The notes under the pieces: generated by a model
What the model was told of the DNA's origin: nothing
The model's database searches: none
The model's input: only the letters and a program-made list of their open reading frames with translations
Source of the DNA: a virus
Taxonomy: Duplodnaviria; Heunggongvirae; Uroviricota; Caudoviricetes
Reading direction: 5' to 3' (one strand)
Virus record (IMG/VR): IMGVR_UViG_2703718852_000001
Length of the DNA stretch: 20,765 bases
Shown: positions 6,881-17,554 of the stretch, piece after piece
Layout: every line of letters starts with the position of its first letter
Position numbering within the stretch: the stretch's first letter is position 1
Made by a program: the position numbers and the translations under genes

Positions 6881-7930
6881 GTGCGGGTATTACTTAGACC
6901 TGTTCTGGTGCCTGAGCTTGGGCTGGTGGTCCTTAAGCCGGGCCGTGAATCCATACAGATATTTCATAATCCTCGAGTGCTGGTGGAACCGGAACCAAAA
7001 AGCATGCGTAATCTGCCATCCGGAGTCGTTCCTGCCGTTCGCCAGCCGCTGGCGGAAGACAAAACATTGCTGCCGTTTTTTAGTAACGAACGGGTGATTC
7101 GTGCTGCTGGCGGCGTTGGCGCATTGTCCGACTGGCTATTACGTCATGTTACATCCTGCCAGTGGCCTAATGGCGATTACCATCACACTGAAACAGTCAT
7201 TCACCGTTATGGTACCGGCGCAATGGTGTTGTGCTGGCACTGCGACAACCAACTGCGTGACCAGACATCGGAATCACTGGAGCTGCTTGCTCAACAAAAT
7301 CTGACAGCATGGGTGATTGACGTCATCCGTCACGCAATAAGCGGTACGCAGGAGCGGGAATTATCTTTGGCTGAATTATCCTGGTGGGCGGTCTGCAATC
7401 AGGTGGTGGATGCACTACCTGAGGCTGTATCGCGTCGTTCGCTGGGATTACCAGCGGAAAAAATCTGCTCGGTGTACCGCGAAAGCGACATCGTACCGGG
7501 AGAGCAGACCGCCACCAGCATATTGAAACAACGCACAAAAAATCTTGCACCGTTGCCTTACGCCCACCAGCAACAAAAATCACCACAGGAAAAGACGGTG
7601 GTAAGCATCACCGTTGATCCAGAGTCTCCGGAATCTTTCATGAAGCTGCCTAAACGTCGCCGCTGGGTTAAGGAGAAATACACACGTTGGGTTAAGACAC
7701 AGCCGTGTGCTTGCTGCGGTATGCCAGCCGACGATCCGCATCATCTGATTGGTCACGGGCAGGGCGGAATGGGAACAAAAGCACATGATCTCTTTGTGTT
7801 GCCTTTGTGCAGAAAGCATCACAACGAGCTGCATACGGATACAGTGGCATTTGAAGATAAGTATGGCTCCCAACTGGAGCTGATATTTCGTTTTATCGAT
7901 CGCGCGCTGACAATTGGCGTACTGGCGTAA
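6881..7930 (+). CDS. ydfU: YdfU, DUF968 family protein with C-terminal Cys/His (HNH-like) motif, 349 aa from GTG 6881
   Basis: Track ORF 6842..7930. GTG at 6881 preceded by GGAGG (6872-6876) gives 349 aa. C-terminus ..CACCGMPADDPHHLIGHGQGG...LCRKHHNELH.. Alternative start GTG 6842. Confidence 0.8.
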   Translation: MRVLLRPVLVPELGLVVLKPGRESIQIFHNPRVLVEPEPKSMRNLPSGVVPAVRQPLAEDKTLLPFFSNERVIRAAGGVGALSDWLLRHVTSCQWPNGDYHHTETVIHRYGTGAMVLCWHCDNQLRDQTSESLELLAQQNLTAWVIDVIRHAISGTQERELSLAELSWWAVCNQVVDALPEAVSRRSLGLPAEKICSVYRESDIVPGEQTATSILKQRTKNLAPLPYAHQQQKSPQEKTVVSITVDPESPESFMKLPKRRRWVKEKYTRWVKTQPCACCGMPADDPHHLIGHGQGGMGTKAHDLFVLPLCRKHHNELHTDTVAFEDKYGSQLELIFRFIDRALTIGVLA

Positions 7931-7943
7931 GTGGAGAACGAGC

Positions 7944-8696
7944 ATGAACCTTGAAGCCTTACCAAAATATTACTCCCCAAAATCTCCAAAATTGAGCGAT
8001 GACGCTCCAGCGACAGGCACCGGTTGTTTAACAATTACGGATGTAATGGCAGCGCAGGGGATGGTGCAGTCGAAAGCACCACTTGGGTTGGCCTTATTTC
8101 TGGCAAAAGTTGGTGTTCAGGACCCTCAGTTTGCGATTGAAGGCCTGCTAAATTACGCGATGGCACTGGATAACCCGACATTGAACAAATTGAGTGAAGA
8201 AATCCGGTTACAGATTATTCCTTACCTCGTGAGTTTTGCCTTTGCTGATTACTCCAGGTCTGCGGCAAGTAAGGCTCGCTGTGAGCATTGTTCAGGTACG
8301 GGATTTTATAATGTATTGCGCGAAGTGGTGAAACACTACAGACGCGGGGAATCTGTAATCAAGGAAGAATGGGTGAAGGAACTATGTCAGCATTGCCATG
8401 GTAAGGGCGAAGCCAGCACAGCGTGCAGAGGGTGTAAGGGTAAAGGGATTGTTCTGGATGAAAAAAGAACCCGGTTTCATGGCGTACCGGTATATAAGAT
8501 TTGTGGGCGTTGTAATGGAAACCGGTTTAGTCGTTTACCGACCACGCTGGCACGACGTCATGTCCAGAAGCTGGTACCAGACCTGACCGATTATCAGTGG
8601 TATAAGGGGTATGCGGACGTCATTGGTAAACTGGTAACAAAGTGCTGGCAGGAAGAAGCATACGCGGAAGCGCAATTGAGGAAGGTGACGAGATAA
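7944..8696 (+). CDS. quuQ: Late-gene antiterminator Q homolog, 250 aa
   Basis: Track ORF 7914..8696; ATG at 7944 with GGAG SD (7933-7936) gives 250 aa. Cys-rich zinc-finger-like region (..CEHCSGTG..CQHCHGKGE..CRGCKGKG..CGRCNGN..). Immediately followed by a strong promoter and a terminator (pR'/tR' arrangement). Confidence 0.85.
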   Translation: MNLEALPKYYSPKSPKLSDDAPATGTGCLTITDVMAAQGMVQSKAPLGLALFLAKVGVQDPQFAIEGLLNYAMALDNPTLNKLSEEIRLQIIPYLVSFAFADYSRSAASKARCEHCSGTGFYNVLREVVKHYRRGESVIKEEWVKELCQHCHGKGEASTACRGCKGKGIVLDEKRTRFHGVPVYKICGRCNGNRFSRLPTTLARRHVQKLVPDLTDYQWYKGYADVIGKLVTKCWQEEAYAEAQLRKVTR

Positions 8697-8728
8697 ATGA
8701 TTTTTGCTGAAGATGGCGACATGATGTT

Positions 8729-8757
8729 TGCATTTTTCAAAAAATATGGATAAAATT
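8729..8757 (+). promoter_or_regulatory. Candidate late promoter pR' (sigma-70)
   Basis: TTGCAT (8729-8734), 17-nt spacer, TAAAAT (8752-8757), 33 nt downstream of the Q stop. Confidence 0.55.
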
Positions 8758-8801
8758 TTTTCAACGATGGGCTTTGTATACCCGACGTTAAGAAAAAGTA
8801 G

Positions 8802-8830
8802 AAAACCCGCTGATGAGCGGGTTTTGTGCT
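8802..8830 (+). terminator. Candidate tR' terminator
   Basis: Hairpin AAAACCCGC-TGATGAG-CGGGTTTT followed by GTGCTTT, about 45-65 nt downstream of the predicted pR' start. Confidence 0.5.
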
Positions 8831-8973
8831 TTAAATGGGGCAATGGTAATGTTGAATCTCATCCCGGGACTCATGTCTGTTAACTTATTATTTAGCTGGT
8901 GACTTGGTTATTTGCCTGATGTTTAAAATGTTTTCTTCCAGTACAATGTCCCTAAACACAATGAGTCTGCTTA

Positions 8974-9063
8974 TTATATTATTAGCAGAGCTATTACGGC
9001 CAAAGTACAGCATAAGCTTTTAAAGCCAATCAACCAGTCATCAAGACAGACGGGGTTATTCAT
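8974..9063 (-). CDS. Candidate 29-aa hydrophobic peptide ORF downstream of cspF
   Basis: Minus-strand ATG at 9063 preceded by GGAGAG (plus 9069-9074) with 5-nt spacer; translation [29 protein letters not shown], then tandem TAA stops. Below the ORF-track size cut-off. Confidence 0.25.
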
Positions 9064-9117
9064 AAAAACTCTCCATGTGTGATCCGATGGGGCCTGAAAT
9101 TAAAGCTTTAATATAGC

Positions 9118-9330
9118 TCATGAAAGGTAAACATTGGCAGCTGAAGGGCCACGCAGACCATTTATCCGGCAAAATTCCACGCGTAATCCGGTGGTAATTT
9201 CTTCTGCATCGCGGAGATTGAGCGCTGAAACATGAAGCTGGACATCGATACGACCATCGGATGGGGTGATAAGACCCTTGCCGCTTTTGCCGTCAAAGGT
9301 TTTGACAATTCCTGTCATTTTACGGGACAA
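9118..9330 (-). CDS. cspF: Cold-shock protein family member CspF, 70 aa
   Basis: Translation [70 protein letters not shown] recognised as CspF. Confidence 0.95.
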
Positions 9331-9433
9331 AAAAATTCCTTAATACTGATAACTTGGCGCACTATACACACGTTCCTGAAGAAAGCTATAGTTTTTTGAT
9401 GGGGTTGAAGATGGCTGGATGTCTAAAATAAAC

Positions 9434-9463
9434 ATTGCTTCATATGTTCAACTATGCGTTAAT
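9434..9463 (+). promoter_or_regulatory. cspB promoter (cspA-like) preceding an approximately 160-nt 5' UTR
   Basis: TTGCTT (9434-9439), 18-nt spacer, TTAATG (9458-9463). The same ATGCGTTAATG block recurs upstream of cspI. UTR contains GCCGAAAGGC near the RBS, as in cspA. Confidence 0.45.
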
Positions 9464-9630
9464 GATTGCGTCGGTTTGAAGAACAGACGATATACGAAGT
9501 AGTTTACTAAAGCAGTTCTCATTTCAGGTGTTATTCACTTATTCCTTCTTTGAGTCTCTCCAATTAAGTACGAAGTCGTTTCTGTTATGCAAACCATTTA
9601 TGCCGAAAGGCTCAAGTTAAGGAATGTAGA

Positions 9631-9846
9631 ATGTCAAATAAAATGACTGGTTTAGTAAAATGGTTTAACGCTGATAAAGGTTTCGGCTTTATTTCTCCTG
9701 TTGATGGTAGTAAAGATGTGTTTGTGCATTTTTCTGCGATTCAGAATGATAATTATCGAACCTTATTTGAAGGTCAAAAGGTTACCTTCTCTATAGAGAG
9801 TGGTGCTAAAGGTCCTGCAGCAGCAAATGTCATCATTACTGATTAA
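9631..9846 (+). CDS. cspB: Cold-shock protein CspB, 71 aa
   Basis: Translation [71 protein letters not shown] with RNP1/RNP2 motifs (KGFGFI, VFVHF). Confidence 0.95.
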   Translation: MSNKMTGLVKWFNADKGFGFISPVDGSKDVFVHFSAIQNDNYRTLFEGQKVTFSIESGAKGPAAANVIITD

Positions 9847-9957
9847 AATTCATCGCTCGTCTGTATACGATAACGAAGAAGGCTGATGCCTGAGTAGAGA
9901 TACGGACAGAGTAGTGAATATTGGATCTCTTTAATAAAAAGTAAGGAGGTCCAATAC

Positions 9958-9993
9958 ATGAAACAATGGCTAGCATATTTGGCAAAATCTTAA
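9958..9993 (+). CDS. Candidate 11-codon mini-ORF with near-perfect SD
   Basis: TAAGGAGGT (9942-9950), 7-nt spacer, ATG 9958; translation MKQWLAYLAKS, stop TAA 9991-9993. Between cspB and the downstream terminator. Confidence 0.3.
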   Translation: MKQWLAYLAKS

Positions 9994-10127
9994 TCAGGAA
10001 AAGTATGCTAACCATTGTGGTGAAGTGCAGGTTTGCTGCATGAATAGTTTTACAGCAGAAGCTAACTGCTGGCATGGCAAAACAAAGTGCGTAAGTGGAT
10101 GACTCCCACAAAAAGCACCACAATCTC

Positions 10128-10152
10128 AAACCCGCTCAGGCGGGTTTTTTAT
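10128..10152 (+). terminator. Hairpin terminator between convergent cspB and the zinc-ribbon gene
   Basis: CCCGC-TCAG-GCGGG followed by TTTTTT (10131-10150). Bidirectional function is plausible but only a short T-run follows on the other strand. Confidence 0.5.
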
Positions 10153-10209
10153 TATCTGCTTTAAATATATTATTAAAATATAAAAAATACTTGTTACTAA
10201 TAAAATCAA

Positions 10210-10380
10210 TCAGGCTACAGCTTTAAGATTTGTCTGGAATACTTTGTTGCAATGAGGGCAGATCAAAAGGGCACCTTTTTGTACTCTTGAAAAACTGTGT
10301 TCTGACTCTTGGGTGCAGTTTGGGCAGGAACATTTAACGAGATAATTACGGCGTGATTTTGAGTTTTTACGTTCTGACAT
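10210..10380 (-). CDS. ynfU: Small zinc-ribbon protein (CxCxxC...CxxC), 56 aa
   Basis: Internal ATG (10380) of track ORF 10210..10431, preceded by AGGAAA SD; translation MSERKNSKSRRNYLVKCSCPNCTQESEHSFSRVQKGALLICPHCNKVFQTNLKAVA. Symbol is from memory of the K-12 small-protein annotation and is not certain. Confidence 0.55.
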   Translation of the reverse strand: MSERKNSKSRRNYLVKCSCPNCTQESEHSFSRVQKGALLICPHCNKVFQTNLKAVA

Positions 10381-10599
10381 AGGCTTTTCCTGTATAAATG
10401 GCCGTATACAGTACACTAAATATGAAAACATTTCTCGTATTATTATTTTATATATGACTTTCTTTCAAAATAATTACCCACATTTTTAATGTGTATGTTT
10501 TTTTAGCGCCGTTGAGAACAACGTGTGCTGTCAAAACTACCCCGTAGACTCCGATCTTTTCAAACATATTGCACCATCCGTGTACATCGGGGTGAGGAT

Positions 10600-10815
10600 A
10601 TGAAATCAATGGATAAGTTAACAACAGGTGTTGCCTATGGCACATCGGCGGGTAATGCTGGTTTCTGGGCATTGCAGTTACTCGATAAAGTAACTCCGTC
10701 ACAGTGGGCTGCAATCGGTGTGCTGGGTAGCCTGGTTTTTGGCCTGCTGACGTATCTGACAAATCTTTATTTCAAGATTAAAGAAGACAGGCGTAAGGCT
10801 GCGAGAGGAGAGTAA
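10600..10815 (+). CDS. essQ: Holin (phage 21 S-type pinholin), 71 aa, dual-start motif
   Basis: ATG 10600 preceded by GGTGAGGA; translation [71 protein letters not shown] resembles the phage 21 pinholin. MKSM-DKL gives a holin/antiholin dual start. Track ORF extends upstream to 10525. Confidence 0.85.
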   Translation: MKSMDKLTTGVAYGTSAGNAGFWALQLLDKVTPSQWAAIGVLGSLVFGLLTYLTNLYFKIKEDRRKAARGE

Positions 10816-10819
10816 TCCA

Positions 10820-11127
10820 ATGACTCAAGACTATGAACTGGTTGTGAAAGGAGTCCGTAATTTTGAGAATAAAGTTACGGTAACTGTAGCCTTACAGGAC
10901 AAAGAACGCTTTGACGGTGAAATTTTTGACCTGGATGTCGCCATGGACCGTGTTGAAGGAGCTGCGCTGGAGTTTTATGAGGCAGCAGCCAGAAGGAGCG
11001 TCCGGCAAGTCTTCCTGGAAGTAGCAGAAAAATTGTCAGAAAAAGTTGAGTCTTATCTGCAGCATCAGTACTCCTTTAAGATTGAAAATCCTGCCAATAA
11101 GCACGAGCGTCCTCATCATAAATATCT

Positions 11128-11131
<4 letters not shown>
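10820..11131 (+). CDS. ydfR: YdfR, DUF1327-type prophage protein, 103 aa
   Basis: Track ORF 10820..11131, between holin and endolysin; start 5 nt after the essQ stop with GAGAGGAGAG SD. Confidence 0.75.
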
Positions 11132-12155
<1,024 letters not shown>

Positions 12156-12337
12156 GGTAATATTAAATCGGAACATTTACATCGCGGAATGTAAAATTTA
12201 AATAAAAAGGACTCTTCCATGAGCCAAAATTCCTGAAATCTTAAGGGTAAGATAAAAGGTCTTAATCAGAATGACACGTTTTATTAATAAATAAAGCTAT
12301 TCTTTCATTGCTGTGTTTTTCTTTACAAAAGTAATCC

Positions 12338-12367
12338 TTGCTATGGGTGGTTAATCATGCGTTAATG
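12338..12367 (+). promoter_or_regulatory. cspI promoter preceding an approximately 145-nt 5' UTR
   Basis: TTGCTA (12338-12343), 18-nt spacer, TTAATG (12362-12367); shares the ATGCGTTAATG block with the cspB promoter. Confidence 0.45.
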
Positions 12368-12517
12368 GTGTTCTGGTTTGTTACAAATTTATCTGAAGCA
12401 GTCATTGTTATAATTTTATTATTTGTACCTCTTGAGATTTCCTTGTTGGTTTTTCTCTCTGATATTTTTTTTCGGACCATTCTGCCCAAGGGCTAATTTC
12501 TTCAAAAGGTAATAATT

Positions 12518-12730
12518 ATGTCTAACAAAATGACTGGTTTAGTGAAATGGTTTAACCCTGAAAAAGGTTTTGGTTTCATCACGCCGAAAGATGGCAGCAA
12601 AGATGTGTTTGTCCATTTCTCAGCAATTCAGAGCAACGATTTCAAAACATTAACTGAGAATCAGGAAGTTGAATTTGGTATTGAGAACGGACCTAAAGGT
12701 CCTGCCGCTGTTCATGTAGTGGCGCTTTGA
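12518..12730 (+). CDS. cspI: Cold-shock protein CspI, 70 aa
   Basis: Translation [70 protein letters not shown] recognised as CspI. Confidence 0.95.
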   Translation: MSNKMTGLVKWFNPEKGFGFITPKDGSKDVFVHFSAIQSNDFKTLTENQEVEFGIENGPKGPAAVHVVAL

Positions 12731-12929
12731 GGTAGACAATATTACAAACCATATTCACTTTAGATGCCCGTGTTGTCATGGTTCCCAGTATAGAACATCA
12801 TCTTTTGATGTTTCTGACATGAATCCTTTCGGGGCAAAATGTATCTTTTGTAAATCAATGATGATTACATTTGATAATATTTCACAATACTTAAATGCCA
12901 GCCGTCTGTCGTTGGATTTAAAAAAGTGA
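12720..12929 (+). pseudogene. Start-less zinc-ribbon ORF, paralog of the 10210-10380 protein; probably frameshifted
   Basis: Open frame ..HIHFRCPCCHGSQYRTSSFDVSDMNPFGAKCIFCKSMMITFDNISQYLNASRLSLDLKK ending TGA 12927-12929. No ATG/GTG/TTG precedes the first Cys pair. An ATG at 12764 is out of frame by 1 nt at a CCC run. The CxC(x)C...CxxC spacing aligns with the 10210-10380 protein. Confidence 0.35.
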
Positions 12930-13076
12930 AAATGAAGGCTCCTTCGGGAGCTTTTTTGCTTGGTGTCTATTCGATGGATACTCACATACTACGGTAACAT
13001 CATGAAAAAAATCATAGTTTTTTTTAACTCTGAACCAGCAGTGGTAGTGCCAGCGATGACTGGAGTTAACACCATC

Positions 13077-13232
13077 ATGCGTGAATATCCAAATGGCGAA
13101 AAAACACACCTTACTGTAATGGCCGCAGGGTTTCCATCTCTGACCGGAGATCATAAAGTCATTTATGTAGCCGCGGATCGACATGTTACTTCAGAAGAAA
13201 TTCTGGAAGCAGCAATAAGGCTCTTGAGTTGA
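13077..13232 (+). CDS. ynfN: YnfN, small cold-shock-induced prophage protein, 51 aa
   Basis: Track ORF 12960..13232. The 51-aa form starts at ATG 13077 (MREYPNGEKTHLTVMAAGFPSLTGDHKVIYVAADRHVTSEEILEAAIRLLS). Alternative upstream starts at 13056 and 13002; none has a strong SD. Confidence 0.5.
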   Translation: MREYPNGEKTHLTVMAAGFPSLTGDHKVIYVAADRHVTSEEILEAAIRLLS

Positions 13233-13403
13233 TTTGATGCTATTGCATTGATAATTCAGGAAAATTCTCTTTGTCTGTTTGTGTAAAATTTAGACTATCG
13301 TATGTTGATTATTGCGATGTTTCATCTTATCTTTTACACGTTTGCACCATATAATCGACTTACTGTGTAACTGGAAAGTCATAACAGACTAAAAGAGGAA
13401 ATG

Positions 13404-13577
13404 ATGAATATTGAAAACTTAAAAACAAAAGCAGAAGCAGATATTTCTGAATATATAACAAAAAAAATTATTGAACTTAAGAAAAAGACCGGGAAAGAAG
13501 TTACCAGTATTCAGTTTACCGCACGGGAAAAAATGACGGGTCTTGAAAGCTATGATGTCAAGATTAATTTAATCTGA
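13404..13577 (+). CDS. gnsB: GnsA/GnsB family protein, 57 aa
   Basis: ATG 13404 (SD GAGGA at 13394-13398) to TGA 13575-13577; translation MNIENLKTKAEADISEYITKKIIELKKKTGKEVTSIQFTAREKMTGLESYDVKINLI. Below the ORF-track cut-off. Confidence 0.75.
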   Translation: MNIENLKTKAEADISEYITKKIIELKKKTGKEVTSIQFTAREKMTGLESYDVKINLI

Positions 13578-13596
13578 TGTATTCAATAATAAAATT

Positions 13597-13628
13597 TATC
13601 CATAAACCTCGTTTTTACGGGGTTTTGT
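13597..13628 (+). terminator. Probable terminator after gnsB
   Basis: Imperfect hairpin CCTCGT-TTTT-ACGGGG followed by TTTTGTTA. Confidence 0.35.
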
Positions 13629-13728
13629 TATATTTGAATGGTTCCGAATATCTAAATCACAATTGTTGATGGTTTTTATTAAACCAATGCAGTCCGGCTC
13701 AGGAGTGAGAGAAGCCGGACGTTATGGT

Positions 13729-14139
13729 TTAGCGTGGTAAGATCTGTGTAGTTTTCTGGATGCTTTCAGTAAATAGTAATGAATTATCAAAGGTATAGTA
13801 ATATCTTTTTTGTTCGTGGATATTTGTAACCCACCGAAAAACTCCTGCTTTAGCAAGGTTTCTTCTGTATTCCTGAAATGTGATCTCTCTGGATTTCAGC
13901 TTATTAGAGGTCGTTTCTATAAGATGCCTATCCTTTGAAAATTTGACAGACACAATGTTTTTTAGGCCCTTTAATAACACTGTATTATCATTTTTTAATA
14001 CAATATGAACATTCTCTGTGGCTAAATAGTAAATGTAATGTGAGACATTGTGACGTTTTAGCTCAGAATAAAACCATTGATAGTTTAAATCGTTTCGAAC
14101 TTTATCAAATATTTGTTTAAAAATGACTACCTGATCCAT
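13729..14139 (-). CDS. ydfO: YdfO, DUF1398 family protein, 136 aa
   Basis: Track ORF 13729..14154; internal ATG 14139 preceded by GGAAGG SD gives 136 aa ([23 protein letters not shown]...). Hairpin GTCCGGCT...AGCCGGAC (13692-13720) just past the stop. Confidence 0.8.
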
Positions 14140-14196
14140 AGATAAACCTTCCATGTGATATGAGGGGGCGTAGTCTGCACGATTATCTAAATTGCT

Positions 14197-14430
14197 TCAA
14201 TCTGGTCTGACCTGTTTTCTGAGCAATTCAGTAATGTCACTCTTTTCTTTGTTTGCTTCAGAAGAAACTCTTTTTTCTGAGCACAGTCTCCGGCGGCAGG
14301 CTTCAATGACCCAGGCTGAGAAATTCCCGGACCCTTTTTGCTCAAGAGCGATGTTAATTTGTTCAATCATTTGGTTAGGAAAGCGGATGTTGCGGGTTGT
14401 TGTTCTGCGGGTTCTGTTCTTCGTTGACAT
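14197..14430 (-). CDS. ynfO: YnfO, small protein with ribbon-helix-helix-like N-terminal region, 77 aa
   Basis: Track ORF 14197..14430. ..TRNIRFPNQMIEQINIALEQKGSGNFSAWVIEACRRRL.. has a beta-strand/helix/helix pattern typical of Arc/CopG RHH DNA-binding proteins (inference). Confidence 0.7.
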   Translation of the reverse strand: MSTKNRTRRTTTRNIRFPNQMIEQINIALEQKGSGNFSAWVIEACRRRLCSEKRVSSEANKEKSDITELLRKQVRPD

Positions 14431-14559
14431 GAGGTTGCCCCGTATTCAGTGTCGCTGATTTGTATTGTCTGAAGTTGTTTTTACGTTAAGTTGATGCAGA
14501 TCAATTAATATGATACCTGCGTCATAATTGATTATTTGACGTGGTTTGATGGCGTAGAT

Positions 14560-14818
14560 GCACGTTGTGACATGCAGATGATAATTATTATCATTTTGCG
14601 GGTCCTTTCCGGCGATCCGACAGGTTACGGGGCGGCGACCTCGCGGGTTTTCGCTATTTATGAAAATTTTCCGGTTTAAGGCATTTCCGTTCTTCTTCGT
14701 CGTAACTTAATGTTTTTATTTAAAATACCCCCTGAAAAGAAAGGAAACGACAGGTGCTGAAAACGAGCTTTTGGGCCTCTGTCGTTTCCTTTCTCTGTTT
14801 TTGGCCGTGGAATGAACA

Positions 14819-14820
<2 letters not shown>
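14560..14820 (+). other. Lambda-type cos site (cosQ, cosN, cosB region)
   Basis: ..CCGACAGGTTACG GGGCGGCGACCT CGCGGGTTTTCGCTATTTATGAAAATTTTCCGGTTTAAGG.. matches my memory of the lambda genome ends: the 12-nt cohesive end GGGCGGCGACCT lies at 14630-14641, right-end sequence to its left and the left-end cosB region leading into the Nu1 start (ATGGAAGTCAAC at 14819) to its right. Confidence 0.8.
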
Positions 14821-15969
<1,149 letters not shown>

Positions 15970-15979
15970 GTTATACGAG

Positions 15980-16882
15980 GTGTATAACAACGGATATCCA
16001 ACAGCGTATGGAAATATCATTCACCTGAAAGGGATGACAGCCGTTGGCGAAGGTGAGTTACTCATCGGCTGGAGTGGTACAAGCGGTGCTCATGCTCCGG
16101 CATTTATTCGTTCACGACGGGATACGACCGACGCAAACTGGTCGCCGTGGGCGCAGCTTTACACCTCGGCTCATCCTCCTGCAGAGTTTTATCCAGTCGG
16201 TGCACCAATCCCGTGGCCATCAGATACCGTTCCGTCTGGTTATGCCCTGATGCAGGGGCAGACTTTTGACAAATCTGCATACCCGAAACTTGCAGTTGCT
16301 TATCCGTCAGGCGTGATCCCTGATATGCGTGGCTGGACGATTAAGGGCAAGCCCGCCAGTGGTCGGGCCGTATTATCTCAGGAACAGGACGGCATTAAAT
16401 CGCACACCCACAGCGCCAGCGCATCCAGTACGGATTTGGGGACGAAAACCACATCGTCGTTTGATTACGGAACCAAATCCACGAATAACACCGGGGCGCA
16501 TACCCATAGTATTAGCGGGACCGCAAATAGTGCCGGTGCGCACCAACACAAGAGTTCCGGTGCATTTGGTGGCACGAACACGAGCATTTTCCCTAATGGT
16601 TATACCGCGATTTCAAATCTAAGCGCGGGGATTATGAGCACAACAAGCGGTAGTGGCCAGACTCGTAATGCAGGGAAGACATCATCAGATGGTGCTCATA
16701 CCCACTCGCTGTCCGGCACTGCTGCAAGCGCAGGCGCACATGCACATACTGTCGGTATTGGTGCTCATACGCACTCCGTTGCGATTGGTTCACATGGACA
16801 CACCATCACCGTTAACGCTGCTGGTAACGCGGAAAACACCGTCAAAAACATCGCATTTAACTATATTGTGAGGCTTGCATAA
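15980..16882 (+). CDS. stfQ: Side tail fibre protein, C-terminal portion (GTG start), 300 aa
   Basis: Track ORF 15980..16882. ..[37 protein letters not shown]...GAHTHS repeats...[24 protein letters not shown] matches the lambda Stf C-terminus as I remember it. In-frame TAG at 15917 limits upstream extension. Confidence 0.8.
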
Positions 16883-17457
16883 TGGCATTCAGAATGAGTG
16901 AACAACCACGGACCATAAAAATTTATAATCTGCTGGCCGGAACTAATGAATTTATTGGTGAAGGTGATGCATATATTCCGCCTCATACAGGTCTGCCAGC
17001 AAACAGTACCGATATTGCACCGCCAGATATTCCGGCTGGCTTCGTGGCTGTTTTCAACAGTGATGAGTCATCGTGGCATCTCGTTGAAGATCATCGGGGT
17101 AAAACGGTTTATGACGTGGCTTCCGGCGACGCGTTATTTATTTCTGAACTCGGTCCGTTACCGGAAAATGTTACCTGGTTATCGCCGGAAGGGGAGTTTC
17201 AGAAGTGGAACGGCACAGCCTGGGTGAAGGATACGGAAGCAGAAAAACTGTTCCGGATCCGGGAGGCGGAAGAAACAAAAAACAACCTGATGCAGGTAGC
17301 CAGTGAGCATATTGCGCCGCTTCAGGATGCTGCAGATCTGGAAATTGCAACGGAGGAAGAAATCTCGTTGCTGGAAGCATGGAAAAAGTATCGGGTATTG
17401 CTGAACCGTGTTGATACGTCAACTGCACAGGATATTGAATGGCCAGCACTGCCGTAG
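16882..17457 (+). CDS. tfaQ: Tail fibre assembly protein Tfa, 191 aa
   Basis: Track ORF 16882..17457; ATGA overlap with the stf stop; Tfa-like sequence ([28 protein letters not shown]...). Confidence 0.9.
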
Positions 17458-17554
17458 GGTAAAACATATAAATTCTATAATTAGATGTATCTTTCCATTT
17501 ACGGCAAGGAAGGGGGCTTGGAAGACGTAAAGCATCTCACACCGAGATTATTTT

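Noticed and set aside
9836-10129. 97-aa minus-strand ORF after cspB
   Set aside because: Overlaps the cspB stop region, the mini-ORF and the terminator hairpin; no SD; hydrophobic low-complexity translation. The real minus-strand gene here is the 56-aa zinc-ribbon ORF further right.
10448-10762. 104-aa minus-strand ORF
   Set aside because: Antisense to the holin gene and its upstream region; no supporting signals.
12776-13184. Minus-strand ORFs between cspI and ynfN (12776-12985, 12918-13184)
   Set aside because: Overlap the start-less zinc-ribbon frame and ynfN on the opposite strand; no SD; likely spurious.
16044-16871. Alternative-frame plus-strand ORFs inside stf (16044-16250, 16329-16622, 16653-16871)
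   Set aside because: Pro/Arg-rich out-of-frame translations of the stf coding region.
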